Position numbers and translations under genes: made by a program. A DNA stretch of 40,482 nt from Candidatus Methylomirabilia bacterium (GTDB lineage: Bacteria; Methylomirabilota; Methylomirabilia; Rokubacteriales; CSP1-6): contig JBGPXN010000024.1 in the NCBI GenBank assembly GCA_041492755.1, positions 1 through 40,482 of the forward strand, written 5' to 3'. Under the pieces are notes generated by a model, which worked only from the letters and a program-made list of their open reading frames with translations, had not been told where the DNA came from and ran no database searches. Within the stretch, counting starts at the first letter, position 1. Each line of letters opens with the position of its first letter. Of the stretch, positions 8,122 through 16,642 are shown piece after piece.

Positions 8122-9729
8122 TCACCGCGCCCGCGTCACGTATTCCCAGTTGTGGAAGCCCATGTGACCGGGAATCAGCGGCCACTCCCCGACCTTCGGC
8201 CCCACGCCCACGATGGCGTGGGCGGCACCGATGGCGACACCCGGGACGTACTCGTGGAGCCAGGGCCCCATCTCGTCACGCATGATGCGCACCCGCTCCT
8301 GATAGCCGGGCTCGGTGGCCAAGCGGTCGATGAACTCGTCGAGCTTGGGATGCTCCATGAAGAGGTGCACCGCGGCCCTGGTGTGGCCGGCGCGGATGAT
8401 AATCTCCCAGGGTTCGGGACCTACCAGAGGCGCAGCATACGCCAGCGTCACCCCCGAGTACGCCCGCGCCCGGAAGTCGGCCGAGAACACCGCCCGGTCC
8501 ACCGGCCGTCGCTTCACCTTGATGCCGACCCTCTCCCAGTACGTGGCCACGGCCTCTCCGACGTCGGGCAGGTAGCCTCGACCCGGCCATGCCGTGAGAT
8601 TCATGGTCACCTCGAATCCGTTGGGATAGCCCGCCTCTGTCAACAGGGCTTTGGCTTTCACGGGGTCGTAGGGGAACGGCTTCTTCAACGCTTCCGTCGC
8701 CCACGGGTCATTCGGGTAAGCCAGCCAGGATCCCACCACGGTGCCGAGCCCGCCCAGCACCCGCTGCATGATGGCGTTCTTGTCGACGGCAAGGTTGAGG
8801 GCCAGCCGGACCTTGCGGGCGCGTTCGGCGTCGGGCTGCGCCCACGGCACCTTGGGGTCGTAGGTGGCCTTGGACGGCCATTGCCCACCCAGGATGATGT
8901 ACACCCACGCCACGTTCGGCATGGTAAGCATCCGCATCCCGACCTTCTTCAACTCCTCGGCGTACTCGCCGCCGATCTCGATGACGTCCACGTTGCCCGC
9001 CCGCAACATGGCCAGGCGAGTCGCCGGTTCCGGGACCTTCACGAACACGAGGCGCTTCCAGTGGGGCGTCGCCCGCCAGTGGTTGTCCACCGCCTCGTAG
9101 ACGATGCGGTCGCCGCGGACGTGCTCGGCGAACTTGTAGGGACCGGTCGCCACCGGGTTCCGTTCCGCGCCCTGCTCCCCGACGGTCTCGACGTGCTTCT
9201 TGGAATGGATGAAGGCGACGGACGCGAACAGCCCCTGGGTGACCTTGTTGCCGAACGCCACCGAGGGTTTGTCGAAGCGAACGGTGATCGTGTAGGGGTT
9301 CTCGATCTCCATGCCCTTGATCGCCCGAAATTCGGGCGCGAGGGAGCTGGCCGAGCCCTCCCTGGCGATGGAGGCGAAGGTGAACCGGACGTCCTCCGCC
9401 GTCACTTCGCCCCGGCCCCCGTGGAACTGGACACCTTTGCGCAAATAGAACGTCCAGGTGCGGCCGCCGTCGGCGACCTTCCAGCGCTCGGCGAGCATGG
9501 GGGCCAGCTCGCCGGTCTTGGGGTCGCGGGTGAGGAGGTTCTCACCCCAGGGCTTGAGGACCACGTCCTCGGCCCCGGGGTACAGGTGGGGCAGCCAGCG
9601 CTCGTTGCCGAAGGTGGCCACCGCCACCGTCAGCGTCCCCTCCGGCGGGGCGGCGTCCGCCGGCAGCCCCGCCGCCAGCCAGAGAAGCGCCGTGACGATC
9701 GACGCGATCACGCCGGGCCGCTGCCTCAT
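8122..9729 (-). CDS. ABC substrate-binding protein, family 5
   Basis: Signal peptide; PEGTLTVAVATFGNERWLPHLY shared with 6410-8002; VTAEDVRFT, TGPYKF. Confidence 0.94.
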   Translation of the reverse strand: MRQRPGVIASIVTALLWLAAGLPADAAPPEGTLTVAVATFGNERWLPHLYPGAEDVVLKPWGENLLTRDPKTGELAPMLAERWKVADGGRTWTFYLRKGVQFHGGRGEVTAEDVRFTFASIAREGSASSLAPEFRAIKGMEIENPYTITVRFDKPSVAFGNKVTQGLFASVAFIHSKKHVETVGEQGAERNPVATGPYKFAEHVRGDRIVYEAVDNHWRATPHWKRLVFVKVPEPATRLAMLRAGNVDVIEIGGEYAEELKKVGMRMLTMPNVAWVYIILGGQWPSKATYDPKVPWAQPDAERARKVRLALNLAVDKNAIMQRVLGGLGTVVGSWLAYPNDPWATEALKKPFPYDPVKAKALLTEAGYPNGFEVTMNLTAWPGRGYLPDVGEAVATYWERVGIKVKRRPVDRAVFSADFRARAYSGVTLAYAAPLVGPEPWEIIIRAGHTRAAVHLFMEHPKLDEFIDRLATEPGYQERVRIMRDEMGPWLHEYVPGVAIGAAHAIVGVGPKVGEWPLIPGHMGFHNWEYVTRAR

Positions 9730-9837
9730 GACCAGTCCTCCCCATGCCTCGGAGACAGGAACCGTTTCGGTGGTGGCCGCTCAGCGCGGCCAACCTGGGC
9801 ACCAGAGCGAAGCGCAACGCAGCGAGCGAGTGCCGGG

Positions 9838-9866
9838 ATGCTACCCTCGGTCGGTCGCAAAGACAA
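9838..9866 (-). promoter_or_regulatory. Possible internal promoter for the downstream binding-protein/permease block
   Basis: Minus strand TTGTCT (9866-9861), 17 bp, TAGCAT (9843-9838) in a 157-bp intergenic gap. Confidence 0.35.
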
Positions 9867-9886
9867 CACGCCCCGTGACTTACCCA

Positions 9887-10852
9887 TCAATAGAGGTGGC
9901 AGGCGACCTTGTGGCCTGGAGACAGCTCGACGAGGGCGGGCTCGAGCTCCGAGCAACGAGCCATGACGAAGGGACAGCGCGGGTGGAAACGGCAGCCGCG
10001 CGGCGGATCGAGGGCGCTGGGGACTTCACCGCTGAGGACGATCTCCTCTCGCCGCTCGTCCGGATGGGAGGGAAGGGACGCCGCGAACAGGGCCTTGGTG
10101 TACGGGTGAAGCGGCGTGGCGCACAGCTCCAGGCTGTCGGCCACCTCGACGAGCTTCCCGAGGTACATCACGGCGGTTTGCCGGCTCAGGTGCGCCACCG
10201 CGGCCAGATCGTGCGCGATGAACAGGTAGCTCACGCTGAGCCGGGCCTGGATCTTTTCCAGCAGGCTGATGATGTGCGCCCGGATGGAGACGTCCAGCGC
10301 CGAGACCGGCTCATCGAGCACGACGAGCCGCGCGTTGGTCGAGAGGGCCCGGGCGATGGCCAGCCGTTGCCGCTGCCCGCCGCTGAACTCGTGGGGAAAC
10401 AGACGGGCCATGTCTGCCCTCAGGCCGACCAGTTCCAGCAGATCCCGAACGCGCGATCGCACCTCGCCCCGGGACACGCGCTCGTGGGCCGCGATGGGCT
10501 CCCCGATGATGTCCCCCACGCGCATCCGGGGGCTGAGTGAGCTGTACGGATCCTGGAAGACGACCTGCACTTTGCGCCGGTAGTCGGCCAGATCCTGGCC
10601 CCGAAGGCTCGCCAGGCTCCGCCCCTCGAACTCGATGGCCCCGCTGGTGGGTTCCTCGGCGGCGAGGACGAGCTTCGCGGTCGTCGTCTTGCCGCACCCG
10701 GACTCCCCCACCAGGCCCAGGGTCTCGCCGCGGTTGACGGTGAAGCTGACGCCGTCGACCGCCTTGATCCAGCGCCGTCCGCCGCCGAGCAGAGAGCCGC
10801 CGGCCGGGAAGTGCTTCTTGAGATCCCGGACTTCCAGCAGCGGCTCACTCAC
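9887..10852 (-). CDS. Oligopeptide ABC ATPase (DppF/OppF-like)
   Basis: GTG start overlaps the upstream gene; [21 protein letters not shown]-terminal CRFHPRC...C...VACH. Confidence 0.94.
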   Translation of the reverse strand: MSEPLLEVRDLKKHFPAGGSLLGGGRRWIKAVDGVSFTVNRGETLGLVGESGCGKTTTAKLVLAAEEPTSGAIEFEGRSLASLRGQDLADYRRKVQVVFQDPYSSLSPRMRVGDIIGEPIAAHERVSRGEVRSRVRDLLELVGLRADMARLFPHEFSGGQRQRLAIARALSTNARLVVLDEPVSALDVSIRAHIISLLEKIQARLSVSYLFIAHDLAAVAHLSRQTAVMYLGKLVEVADSLELCATPLHPYTKALFAASLPSHPDERREEIVLSGEVPSALDPPRGCRFHPRCPFVMARCSELEPALVELSPGHKVACHLY

Positions 10853-11828
10853 GCGCGGCCTCTTGAATGGGCAGCCAGCACCGCGCGCGCGCGCCATCGC
10901 CCAGGGAGTGATCCCACGGCTCCTCGAGACGGCAGCGTTCCATCGCGCGCGCGCAGCGGGGATGGAAGCTGCAGCCGCCCGGGAGATCCGAGAGGTCCGG
11001 TGGGTCGCCGGGGATGCCGTACAGGGGCTCCCGGGTCCCCATCTTGGGGATGGAGTCGAGCAGCGCGCGCGTGTACGGATGCCTGGGGGCGTAGAAGAGG
11101 CCCCGCACCGATTGCATCTCCACGATCTTGCCCGCGTACATCACCGCCACCCGGTCGCACATCTTGGCCACGATGCCGAGGTTGTGGGTGACGAAGATCA
11201 ACGCCACCCCGCTCGCGCGCTGCAGCTCCTTCAGCAGATTCAGGTACTGGAGCTGGATGGTGACGTCGAGGTTGGTGGTGGGCTCATCAGCGATGATGAT
11301 TCGCGGACCGCCGGCCTGGGCGATGGCGCCGACGATCCGCTGGCGCATGCCCCCGCTCAACTGGTGGGGAAAGTCCCTCATCCGCACTTCCGGCGACGGA
11401 ATACGCACCGCCGTCAGCAGCTCCTTCACCCGCTGGCGGAGCTTTCCCCCCCGCAGCCCCCGATGGTAGTAGGCCGGCTCGGCCACCTGGTCTCCGATGG
11501 AGAAAAGCGGGTCCAGCGAGGCCATCGGGTCCTGGAGGATGGTGGCGATGCGCCGCCCTCGGATCTGCGTCATCTCGGACCGGCTCTTCGTCAGCAAGTC
11601 TTCGCCTTCCAGCTCGATCCGGCCGCTCACGATGCGGGCGCTCGGCGAGAGCAGGCGGACCAGGGAGTGGCAGGTGGTGGTCTTGCCGCACCCGGACTCG
11701 CCGACGAGACCGAACGTCTCCCCGGCGTCCACGCTGAAGCTCACCCCGTCCACCGCTTTCACCACGCGGGAGCCGCGGAAGCCGAAGTAGTACGTCCTCA
11801 GATCGTCGACGCGCAGCAACGGGGGCAT
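10845..11828 (-). CDS. Oligopeptide ABC ATPase (DppD/OppD-like)
   Basis: [37 protein letters not shown]. Confidence 0.94.
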   Translation of the reverse strand: MPPLLRVDDLRTYYFGFRGSRVVKAVDGVSFSVDAGETFGLVGESGCGKTTTCHSLVRLLSPSARIVSGRIELEGEDLLTKSRSEMTQIRGRRIATILQDPMASLDPLFSIGDQVAEPAYYHRGLRGGKLRQRVKELLTAVRIPSPEVRMRDFPHQLSGGMRQRIVGAIAQAGGPRIIIADEPTTNLDVTIQLQYLNLLKELQRASGVALIFVTHNLGIVAKMCDRVAVMYAGKIVEMQSVRGLFYAPRHPYTRALLDSIPKMGTREPLYGIPGDPPDLSDLPGGCSFHPRCARAMERCRLEEPWDHSLGDGARARCWLPIQEAARE

Positions 11829-11839
11829 TCAGCTAACCC

Positions 11840-12036
11840 AGAGCGCGTCCGGAGTTAACGGAGATCGAGGAGCGCCCCGACTTCCCCGCGACGCCGCCGA
11901 GCGGATGGGAGGTCGAGGAGCGCCGCGGCTTCCCCGGAGCCCTGCCGAGCGGATGGCGGGTCGAGGAGCGCCCCGGCTTCCCCGGAGCCCTGCCGAGCGG
12001 ATGGCGGGTGTGGGGGGCCATATCGGGGCCCCCCAC
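11840..12036 (+). repeat. Family 1 repeat, copy B: three tandem 48-bp units plus a terminal hairpin
   Basis: TCGAGGAGCG units start at 11865, 11913 and 11961; terminal TGGGGGGCC-ATATCGG-GGCCCCCCA; flanked by CTAAC at 11833-11837 and 12037-12041. Confidence 0.92.
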
Positions 12037-12984
12037 CTAACGATTGCGCAGTTGGGGATCCAGCCGGACCCGCAACCAGTCGCCCAGCATGTTGGCCGAG
12101 AGCACGAGCATCGTGATCCCGATTCCCGGGAACACTGCGAGCCACCACTTCCCGTCCATCAGCGAGTCGCGCTCCTGGGCCATCATGAGCCCCCAGGACG
12201 GCTCCGGCGGCGGCACGCCGACGCCAAGGAAGCTGAGCGACGCCTCGATGATGACGGCAACCCCCACCTGCAGGCTGAAGAGCACCATGACGGTGTTCAT
12301 GACGTTGGGGACCAGATGGTGGAAGATGATCGTGAGCTTGCCGATCCCATTGATCTCCGCCAGCTTCACGAAGTCCCGCTCGCGGAGCGCCAGCACCTCC
12401 CCCCGCACCGCGCGGGAGTAGCGGCTCCAGAACACCAGGGCCAGAATCAGCACCACGTTCCAGAGACCGGGCCCGCGCACACTCGACAGGAGGATCGCGA
12501 AGACGAGCGAGGGCAGCGTCAGCCACGCATCGGTGACGCGCATGATGACCTGGTCCCACCACTTCCCCAGGTATCCGGCGAGCACGCCGAGCAACGTGCC
12601 GATGACGCCGGCGAACAGCGTGCCGGTCAGGGCGACCACCAGCGAGATGCGGGCACCGTACATCAGCCGGGAGAGCACGTCCCGTCCCAGGAAGTCGGTG
12701 CCGAGCGGCGTCTCGACCGTGCCCCCAGTGGCCCAAAACGGAGGCACGTTGTCGATGTAGGGACAGTTGGCCATGCCGAACTTCGCCTGGCACTGTTCCG
12801 GCGTGGGCTTCACGGGCATGAGCTTGCCGTGGGGCGCGATGACGGGGGCGAAGATGGCGACGAAGGCCAGGATGGCCAGCATCGAGAGCGGAATGGACGG
12901 GACGTCCGCTACGATGCGGTAGCCCCGCCGGGCGACCCGTGAGACACCCCCGATAGGTGTCGCTCGTACCGGAATCGTCGCCAT
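12037..12984 (-). CDS. Peptide/nickel ABC permease (DppC-like)
   Basis: PLGTDFLGRDVLSR, HLVPN, EASLSFLGVG, PSWG, NMLGDWLR. Confidence 0.94.
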   Translation of the reverse strand: MATIPVRATPIGGVSRVARRGYRIVADVPSIPLSMLAILAFVAIFAPVIAPHGKLMPVKPTPEQCQAKFGMANCPYIDNVPPFWATGGTVETPLGTDFLGRDVLSRLMYGARISLVVALTGTLFAGVIGTLLGVLAGYLGKWWDQVIMRVTDAWLTLPSLVFAILLSSVRGPGLWNVVLILALVFWSRYSRAVRGEVLALRERDFVKLAEINGIGKLTIIFHHLVPNVMNTVMVLFSLQVGVAVIIEASLSFLGVGVPPPEPSWGLMMAQERDSLMDGKWWLAVFPGIGITMLVLSANMLGDWLRVRLDPQLRNR

Positions 12985-13001
12985 GGCTAGGTACGAGTCT
13001 C

Positions 13002-13070
13002 TGGGCGCCCCGAAATGGCCCCCGGGCCCCCAACGTCCGGAAGCGCCCCGGCGAAGCCGGGGGGGGGTCG
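13002..13070 (-). repeat. Family 1 repeat, degenerate copy D (inverted relative to A, B, E)
   Basis: TGGGCGCCCCGAAATGGCCCCC...AAGCGCCCCGGCGAAGCCGGGG aligns by eye to copy C. Confidence 0.7.
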
Positions 13071-13071
13071 T

Positions 13072-14046
13072 TTATCGCGACAGGCGGATGCGGGGATCCA
13101 CATAGCCGTACAGCACGTCGATCGTGAAGTTCAGCACCACGATCATCAGGCCGGACATCAACACCACTCCCTGGACCATGGGGAAGTCCCGATTGCTCAA
13201 ACCGTCGTACAGCAGCTGGCCCACGCCCGGCCAGTTGAAGATGACCTCGATCACCACGGCCACGTTCACCATGATCAGGAGGTTCAGCCCGGCGAACGTG
13301 AGGACGGGGATCATGGAGTTCTTCAGCGCGTGCTTGGCCACGACCATCCGTTCGGGCACGCCCTTCAGTCGCACGAGCTTGATGTAGTCGCTGCCCAGGA
13401 CGTCGAGCATGCCGGAGCGGGTGATCCTCAGCATGGCTCCGGAGAAATACCAGCCGAGCGCGAAGGCGGGCATGACCAGGTGCGACCAGTCTCTGAACCA
13501 GAACGCCACCCACGTCGACGGGTCGCTCCCGACGAAGGCGCTGCGCCCCTTGCCCAGGACGGGAAGCCAGCGCAGCTCGACCCCGAAGATGATGATCAGG
13601 ACCATGCCGACGAAGAACCCCGGCATGGAGAGCCCGAGGAGGGCGACCATCTTGCCGGCGTTGTCCCACCAGGAGTTGATCTTCACCGCCGACAGCATCC
13701 CGAGGGGGACGCCGAGCACGATCGAGATGACGAAGGCCGCGAACCCCAGCTTGAGCGAGTTCGGCAACCGCTCGAAATAGATGTCCCTGACGGGCAGGGA
13801 TTTCTCGAAAGAGTGGCCGAAGTCCCCTCTCAGGAGATTTCCGATGAAGCCGACGTATTGCTGGTGGAAGGCCCGATCCAGGCCCCACCGCTTCTTGAGC
13901 TCCTCCAGGTAGACGGTATCGGCGCCGACTTCACCCTTCATCTGGATTGGGTCCCCGGTGAGCCGGACCATCCCGAAGATGATCGTGACCAGCAGCCATA
14001 GCGTGATGAGGCTGTAGAAGGCCCGAAGCAGGATGTACTTTCTCAT
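13072..14046 (-). CDS. Peptide/nickel ABC permease (DppB-like)
   Basis: MRKYILLR start; WGLDR, GDFGHS, YIKLVRLKG, IEVIFNWPGVG, RDFPMVQG. Confidence 0.94.
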   Translation of the reverse strand: MRKYILLRAFYSLITLWLLVTIIFGMVRLTGDPIQMKGEVGADTVYLEELKKRWGLDRAFHQQYVGFIGNLLRGDFGHSFEKSLPVRDIYFERLPNSLKLGFAAFVISIVLGVPLGMLSAVKINSWWDNAGKMVALLGLSMPGFFVGMVLIIIFGVELRWLPVLGKGRSAFVGSDPSTWVAFWFRDWSHLVMPAFALGWYFSGAMLRITRSGMLDVLGSDYIKLVRLKGVPERMVVAKHALKNSMIPVLTFAGLNLLIMVNVAVVIEVIFNWPGVGQLLYDGLSNRDFPMVQGVVLMSGLMIVVLNFTIDVLYGYVDPRIRLSR

Positions 14047-14055
14047 TCGATGCAC

Positions 14056-14128
14056 TGGGGGGCCCCGACATGGCCCCCCAGACCCCCCGACGCTCGGAGC
14101 TCCCCGGGGAACCCGTGGCGCTCCTCGA
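14056..14128 (-). repeat. Family 1 repeat, copy C (inverted relative to A, B, E)
   Basis: Reverse complement TCGAGGAGCGCCACGGGTTCCCCGGGGAGCTCCGAGCGTCGGGGGGTCTGGGGGGCCATGTCGGGGCCCCCCA, nearly identical to copy A. Confidence 0.92.
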
Positions 14129-14148
14129 TTCCGCGCCAGCCCATCGGA

Positions 14149-15807
14149 TCAGTCCGCCTTGACCTCCCAGACCTCCCACGGCCAGGGGTAGGGGGCATGC
14201 AGGGTGTCCCAGTAGCGCTCGAACCCCTTGCCTTCCGGGAGCACTCTCGGGCCCACAGCGGCCACGAAGGGGTTCCAGTAGATGGGCACCATGTGGAAGT
14301 CCTCGATGAGGATCTTCTGGATCGCCTTGATCAGCCGGTCCCGCTCCTCCGGGTTCGTGCTCGCCTGGTGCTTCGTCCACAGCTCCTCGATCTGCGGCTC
14401 GCAGACGAAGGAGGAGGGGCTCCCGCAGACGGCGTACACGGCGATGGGCGCCTTGGCGCCGCCCGGACGCGGGTCGATGTTCTGCACGATGGTCTTGTTA
14501 CCGGGATACCCCTTGCGCCCCTGACCGATCTTGGCCCGGAAGGCCGGGCCTTCCACCGCCTGCAGCTTGCCGCGAATCCCCACGGCACGCAGGTCGGTGA
14601 GGACGCGCTCGCCCATGTCCAGGTAGGGGACGAAAGGCACGTACCATTCGAACTCGACGCCGTTGGCGTACTTCGCCTGCGCCAGCAGCTGCTTCGCCTT
14701 CTCGAGGTTGTACTCGGCCACCGGCAGCTCTTTCCCGTCACCCTTCAAGGCGTCGCGGTTTTCCGGGCTGATCCAGTTGCCCCAGACCTTCCCGATGCCC
14801 TGGCTTTCCTGCTGGGAGAGGAACTGCCGGTTGATGGCCAGGCTCACCGCCTGCCGGACGCGCTTGTCGTGGAAGGGGCTGTCGGGCTCGTTGTAGCCGG
14901 GGAACATGAGGTACCAGACGCTCGTGAAGTTGGGGGTCCATCGGAGGTTCTTGTCCGCCATCACCCGGGGCAGGAGCTTGCCGGTCATGCCGAAGGCCAG
15001 GTCCAGCTCGCCGGTCTGCAGCCCCGCCACCCGGGCCGCCAGCTGGCTGATGCCCTTGACGACGATGGTCTTGGTCGCGGGCGTGCGCCGCCAGTAGTCC
15101 TCCCAGGCCTCGAACGTCATCTGCACGCCGGCCTGCTGGCTGACGAACTTGTACGGTCCCGCGCCGAGCGGCTTGGCCTTGAACCCGTCCCGGCCGACCT
15201 TCTCGTAGTAGTGTTTGGGCACGATCCAGCCGGCGCCGCTGATCCCGCCGTTGTAGAGCTCCATGAACTCCAGGAAGGGCTCCTTGAAGTGGAAGATGAT
15301 GGTGCGGTCATCCACGACCTGAATGTGCTCGAGCCGCTCACGGAACGCCTTCGCGTAGGACCCCTTGTAGTTCTCGTAGGTCCATTTCACGTCGGCCGTG
15401 GTGAGCGGCTGACCGTCGTGGAACTTGAGGCCCGGGCGCAAGCGGAATCCGGCCTTCCGGAAGTCCGCCGCCAGCTCGGCTTGCTCGGCCAGGCTGTAGG
15501 TGAACTCGCCCTGCGGCATGGACTTGATCAGGGCGTCGTGGACCAGGTAGTCGTACGTCATCTGCGTCAGGGCGTACGAGTGCTCCTGCGGATCGAGCCA
15601 GCCGGGGTCGAGGCCGAAATGCTGGGCGATGGTCAGCGTGCCCTTGGGCTTGCCCTTGCCCTTCTCGATCTGGGCGTCTTTGATGTCCAGCTTGGCCAAG
15701 GGCCCGGGGAGGATCTGCGTCCCGGCCGGCTTCTGGGCGGCCGCATCGCCACCGGTCGTCACGAACACTGCCAGGACGCTGATGAGAGCCAGACATGCCT
15801 TGATCAT
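14149..15807 (-). CDS. ABC substrate-binding protein, family 5
   Basis: Start MIKACL after AAGGAGGAG; signal peptide; KFHDGQPLTTADVKWT, GAGPYKF, DKRVRQA. Confidence 0.93.
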   Translation of the reverse strand: MIKACLALISVLAVFVTTGGDAAAQKPAGTQILPGPLAKLDIKDAQIEKGKGKPKGTLTIAQHFGLDPGWLDPQEHSYALTQMTYDYLVHDALIKSMPQGEFTYSLAEQAELAADFRKAGFRLRPGLKFHDGQPLTTADVKWTYENYKGSYAKAFRERLEHIQVVDDRTIIFHFKEPFLEFMELYNGGISGAGWIVPKHYYEKVGRDGFKAKPLGAGPYKFVSQQAGVQMTFEAWEDYWRRTPATKTIVVKGISQLAARVAGLQTGELDLAFGMTGKLLPRVMADKNLRWTPNFTSVWYLMFPGYNEPDSPFHDKRVRQAVSLAINRQFLSQQESQGIGKVWGNWISPENRDALKGDGKELPVAEYNLEKAKQLLAQAKYANGVEFEWYVPFVPYLDMGERVLTDLRAVGIRGKLQAVEGPAFRAKIGQGRKGYPGNKTIVQNIDPRPGGAKAPIAVYAVCGSPSSFVCEPQIEELWTKHQASTNPEERDRLIKAIQKILIEDFHMVPIYWNPFVAAVGPRVLPEGKGFERYWDTLHAPYPWPWEVWEVKAD

Positions 15808-16012
15808 GGCGCTCCTCCTTGCCAGAGGGGACCGTGCAGGTGAGACGGCGGAGATGAGTACCCTGCGGGCGCGGGCGCGCCCGGGACCGGGCAGGCTACG
15901 AGCGCGAGCACCACCACCGCAATCGGTCGGGCCATCCTCAATCCTCCTCACCACGCAACGGGAGCGGTCGGAAGCACGAGAAGGAGCGGACGCGGTCTGT
16001 GAAAGTTGGGCC

Positions 16013-16058
16013 ATTATGCGCACGCCTTGTCGCTTGTCAAGTCGCGCCGCTTGTCAAG
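16013..16058 (-). promoter_or_regulatory. Promoter of the ABC cluster with a duplicated CTTGACAAGCG box
   Basis: Minus strand TTGACA 16040-16035, 16 bp, CATAAT 16018-16013; direct repeat CGCTTGTCAAG at 16031-16041 and 16048-16058. Confidence 0.65.
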
Positions 16059-16190
16059 CCGAGAGAACTCGGCTCGACGGGTCGCGGGCGCTGATCTGTT
16101 CACCCATGGCCGTCGTCTGCGGAGCCGGAATGAGTACGGCCACCCAGTGGTTCGTGCCAGTCATCGCTTCGACGGGGACGCTCTGCGACG

Positions 16191-16571
16191 CTACCCCCGG
16201 GCGCCCGGGCCCGGCCCGCCCCGCTCGGCGTCGATCCAGGCGCGCCACTCGTCGGCATTCGCGCCGACCGTGACCCGGTGCGCGTTGCGCACGAGCGGCG
16301 TGCGCAGCAGCCGCGGCTCGGCGAGCGCGCGATCGAGCAGTCGCTGGGGCGAATCGCCGCTCACGTGCAGGCCGAGAGCGCGGAAGCGCGGGCTCTCACG
16401 GTTGACGAGGGCGGCGGCCCCGAAGCGCTCCTGGAACCGGCGCAGCTCGCCGGGCGCGGCCGGGCGCTCGGCGAGGTCCACGAAGTGGACGGGAATGCGG
16501 CGCTCGGCGAAGAAGCGCAGCGCCTTTCGCGTCTCCGAGTCGTCCTCGAAGCCGAAGACCTGGACGTTCAC
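16191..16571 (-). CDS. ArsC/Spx/MgsR-family protein (no cysteines)
   Basis: MNVQVFG....TRKALRFFAERRI, PRLLRTPLVR, TVG motifs of the ArsC/Spx fold. Confidence 0.85.
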   Translation of the reverse strand: MNVQVFGFEDDSETRKALRFFAERRIPVHFVDLAERPAAPGELRRFQERFGAAALVNRESPRFRALGLHVSGDSPQRLLDRALAEPRLLRTPLVRNAHRVTVGANADEWRAWIDAERGGPGPGARG

Positions 16572-16599
16572 GGGCGATCGCCGAAGACCTGGACGTTCA
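16551..16599. repeat. 20-bp direct duplication of the ArsC-family gene start (29-bp period)
   Basis: GCCGAAGACCTGGACGTTCA at 16551-16570 and 16580-16599. Confidence 0.9.
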
Positions 16600-16642
16600 T
16601 CCGCGGACGGCGGCGGTCCGCGCGTTTACCGAGCCGATCCGT

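Noticed and set aside
9803..9832. GAGCGAAGCGCAACGCAGCGAGCGAG low-complexity tract
   Set aside because: It is a single copy in the window with no strong hairpin, which is too weak to call a repeat or terminator.
11865..12008. 48-bp array (and the 90-bp array at 29093-29348) as CRISPR
   Set aside because: The units are head-to-tail with no unique spacers, and no cas genes are present.
12985..13074. Stop-codon readthrough fusing the two permeases (TAA 13072-13074 is in frame with ATG 12984 across copy D)
   Set aside because: In-frame spacing is a one-in-three chance event, and TAA is an efficient stop.
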